Source: Escherichia phage ECO07P1 | Direction: 5' to 3' (one strand) | Length of the DNA: 64,000 nt | Sequence record: OP172784 | In this document: positions 62,988 through 64,000 of the stretch, one piece after another | Position numbering within the stretch: the first letter of the stretch is position 1 | Layout of the letters: every line of letters begins with the position of its first letter | Notes under the pieces: generated by a model | What the model saw: only the letters and a program-made list of their open reading frames with translations | What the model was told of the DNA's origin: nothing | Databases searched by the model: none | Made by a program: the position numbers and the translations under genes

Positions 62988-64000
62988 AAATTTTAAATTT
63001 AGGTGATTGGCATTTAGGTGTTAAAGCCGATGATGAGTGGGTTCAATCAATCCAGTTGGATGGAATTAAGCAGGCGATAGAATATTCTAAGAAAAATGGA
63101 ATTACTACATGGATTCAATACGGTGATATTTTTGATGTGCGAAAAGCAATCACGCATAAAACTATGGAGTTCGCACGTGAAATAGTTCAAATGCTTGATG
63201 ATGCTGGTATTACCCTACATACTGTTGTAGGAAACCATGATATGCACTTTAAAAATACTTTAACTCCAAATGCTTCTACTGAGCTTTTAGCTAAATATCC
63301 TAATGTTAAAGTATATGATAAGCCTACTACAGTAGATTTTGACGGATGTTTGATTGATTTAATTCCTTGGATGTGTGAAGAAAATACTGGTGAAATTCTT
63401 GAACACATCAAAACTTCATCTGCTTCTTTTTGTGTTGGTCACTGGGAACTGAATGGATTTTATTTTTATAAAGGAATGAAATCTCACGGTCTTGAACCTG
63501 ATTTCCTTAAGACTTATAAAGAAGTGTGGTCTGGTCACTTCCATACTATCTCTGAGGCTGCTAACGTCAGATATATTGGGACACCATGGACACTAACTGC
63601 AGGTGACGAGAATGACCCTCGTGGGTTCTGGATGTTTGATACAGAAACAGAACGAATGGAATTTATTCCAAACAACACTACCTGGCATCGTCGAATTCAA
63701 TATCCATTTAAAGGAAAAATTGACTATAAAGATTTTACAAATCTGTCAGTACGTGTTATAGTAACTGAGGTAGACAAAAATCTGACAAAGTTCGAATCTG
63801 AACTAGAAAAAGTTGTGCATTCATTACGAGTTGTGTCAAAGATTGATAACTCTGTCGAGTCAGATGATAGTGAAGAAGTTGAAGTTCAATCTCTTCAGAC
63901 GTTGATGGAAGAATACATTAATGCAATTCCAGACATCACTGATTCTGACCGTGAAGCACTTATTCAATATGCAAATCAGTTATATGTAGAGGCAACACAA
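62984..64000 (+). CDS. 47: recombination endonuclease subunit gp47 (Mre11-like), 3' end outside window
   Basis: MKILNLGDWHLGVKADDEW...; phosphoesterase motifs GDIFD and GNHD; open to window end (339 codons). Confidence 0.9.
   Translation, partial: MKILNLGDWHLGVKADDEWVQSIQLDGIKQAIEYSKKNGITTWIQYGDIFDVRKAITHKTMEFAREIVQMLDDAGITLHTVVGNHDMHFKNTLTPNASTELLAKYPNVKVYDKPTTVDFDGCLIDLIPWMCEENTGEILEHIKTSSASFCVGHWELNGFYFYKGMKSHGLEPDFLKTYKEVWSGHFHTISEAANVRYIGTPWTLTAGDENDPRGFWMFDTETERMEFIPNNTTWHRRIQYPFKGKIDYKDFTNLSVRVIVTEVDKNLTKFESELEKVVHSLRVVSKIDNSVESDDSEEVEVQSLQTLMEEYINAIPDITDSDREALIQYANQLYVEATQ

Overview
This window is a segment of a T4-like (Tevenvirinae) myovirus genome, read in the reverse-complement orientation of the conventional T4 map; no tools were run, so all calls rest on reading the sequence and on recalled T4 protein lengths and N-termini. 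Positions 1-23.7 kb carry the late structural module on the minus strand: gene 19 (partial), an inserted HNH homing-endonuclease-like ORF, then 18, 17, 16, 15, 14, 13, wac, 12, 11, 10, 9, 8, 7, 6, 5.4, 5.1, 5 and 53, with lengths matching T4. Positions 23.7-27.2 kb (plus strand) carry 4, 2, 3, 1, 57A and 57B (Acb1-like, two HxT/S motifs). Positions 27.2-37.2 kb form a hyperplastic region: an array of small genes with T4 internal-protein capsid-targeting N-termini (MKTxxEFIxEA), ten tightly packed tRNAs, a structured non-coding stretch, a tandem paralog family of small membrane proteins, nudE, e, denV and ipIII/ipII-like genes. Positions 37.3-42.4 kb carry the vs/regB/tk region, including a GrcA-like glycyl-radical gene with a host-like 3' half, an Acb2(vs.4)-like gene by position, a macro-domain gene and an SLT-like gene. 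Positions 42.4-54.9 kb carry rI and a long run of small early genes of unknown function (a nucleotidyltransferase-fold protein, a P-loop ATPase, three coiled-coil-tailed proteins), then nrdC. Positions 54.9-64 kb carry 49, an uninterrupted nrdD, nrdG, an nrdH-like redoxin, 55, a-gt and the start of 47. T4-type early (GTTTAC-N18-TAnnnT), middle (MotA-box) and late (TATAAATA) promoters and UUCG-type terminator hairpins punctuate the early region. The most promising candidates for undescribed biology are the extra capsid-targeted proteins, the four-gene paralog family at 32.4-34.2 kb and the stand-alone early units at 45.9-52.9 kb. Most small-ORF function calls are tentative.
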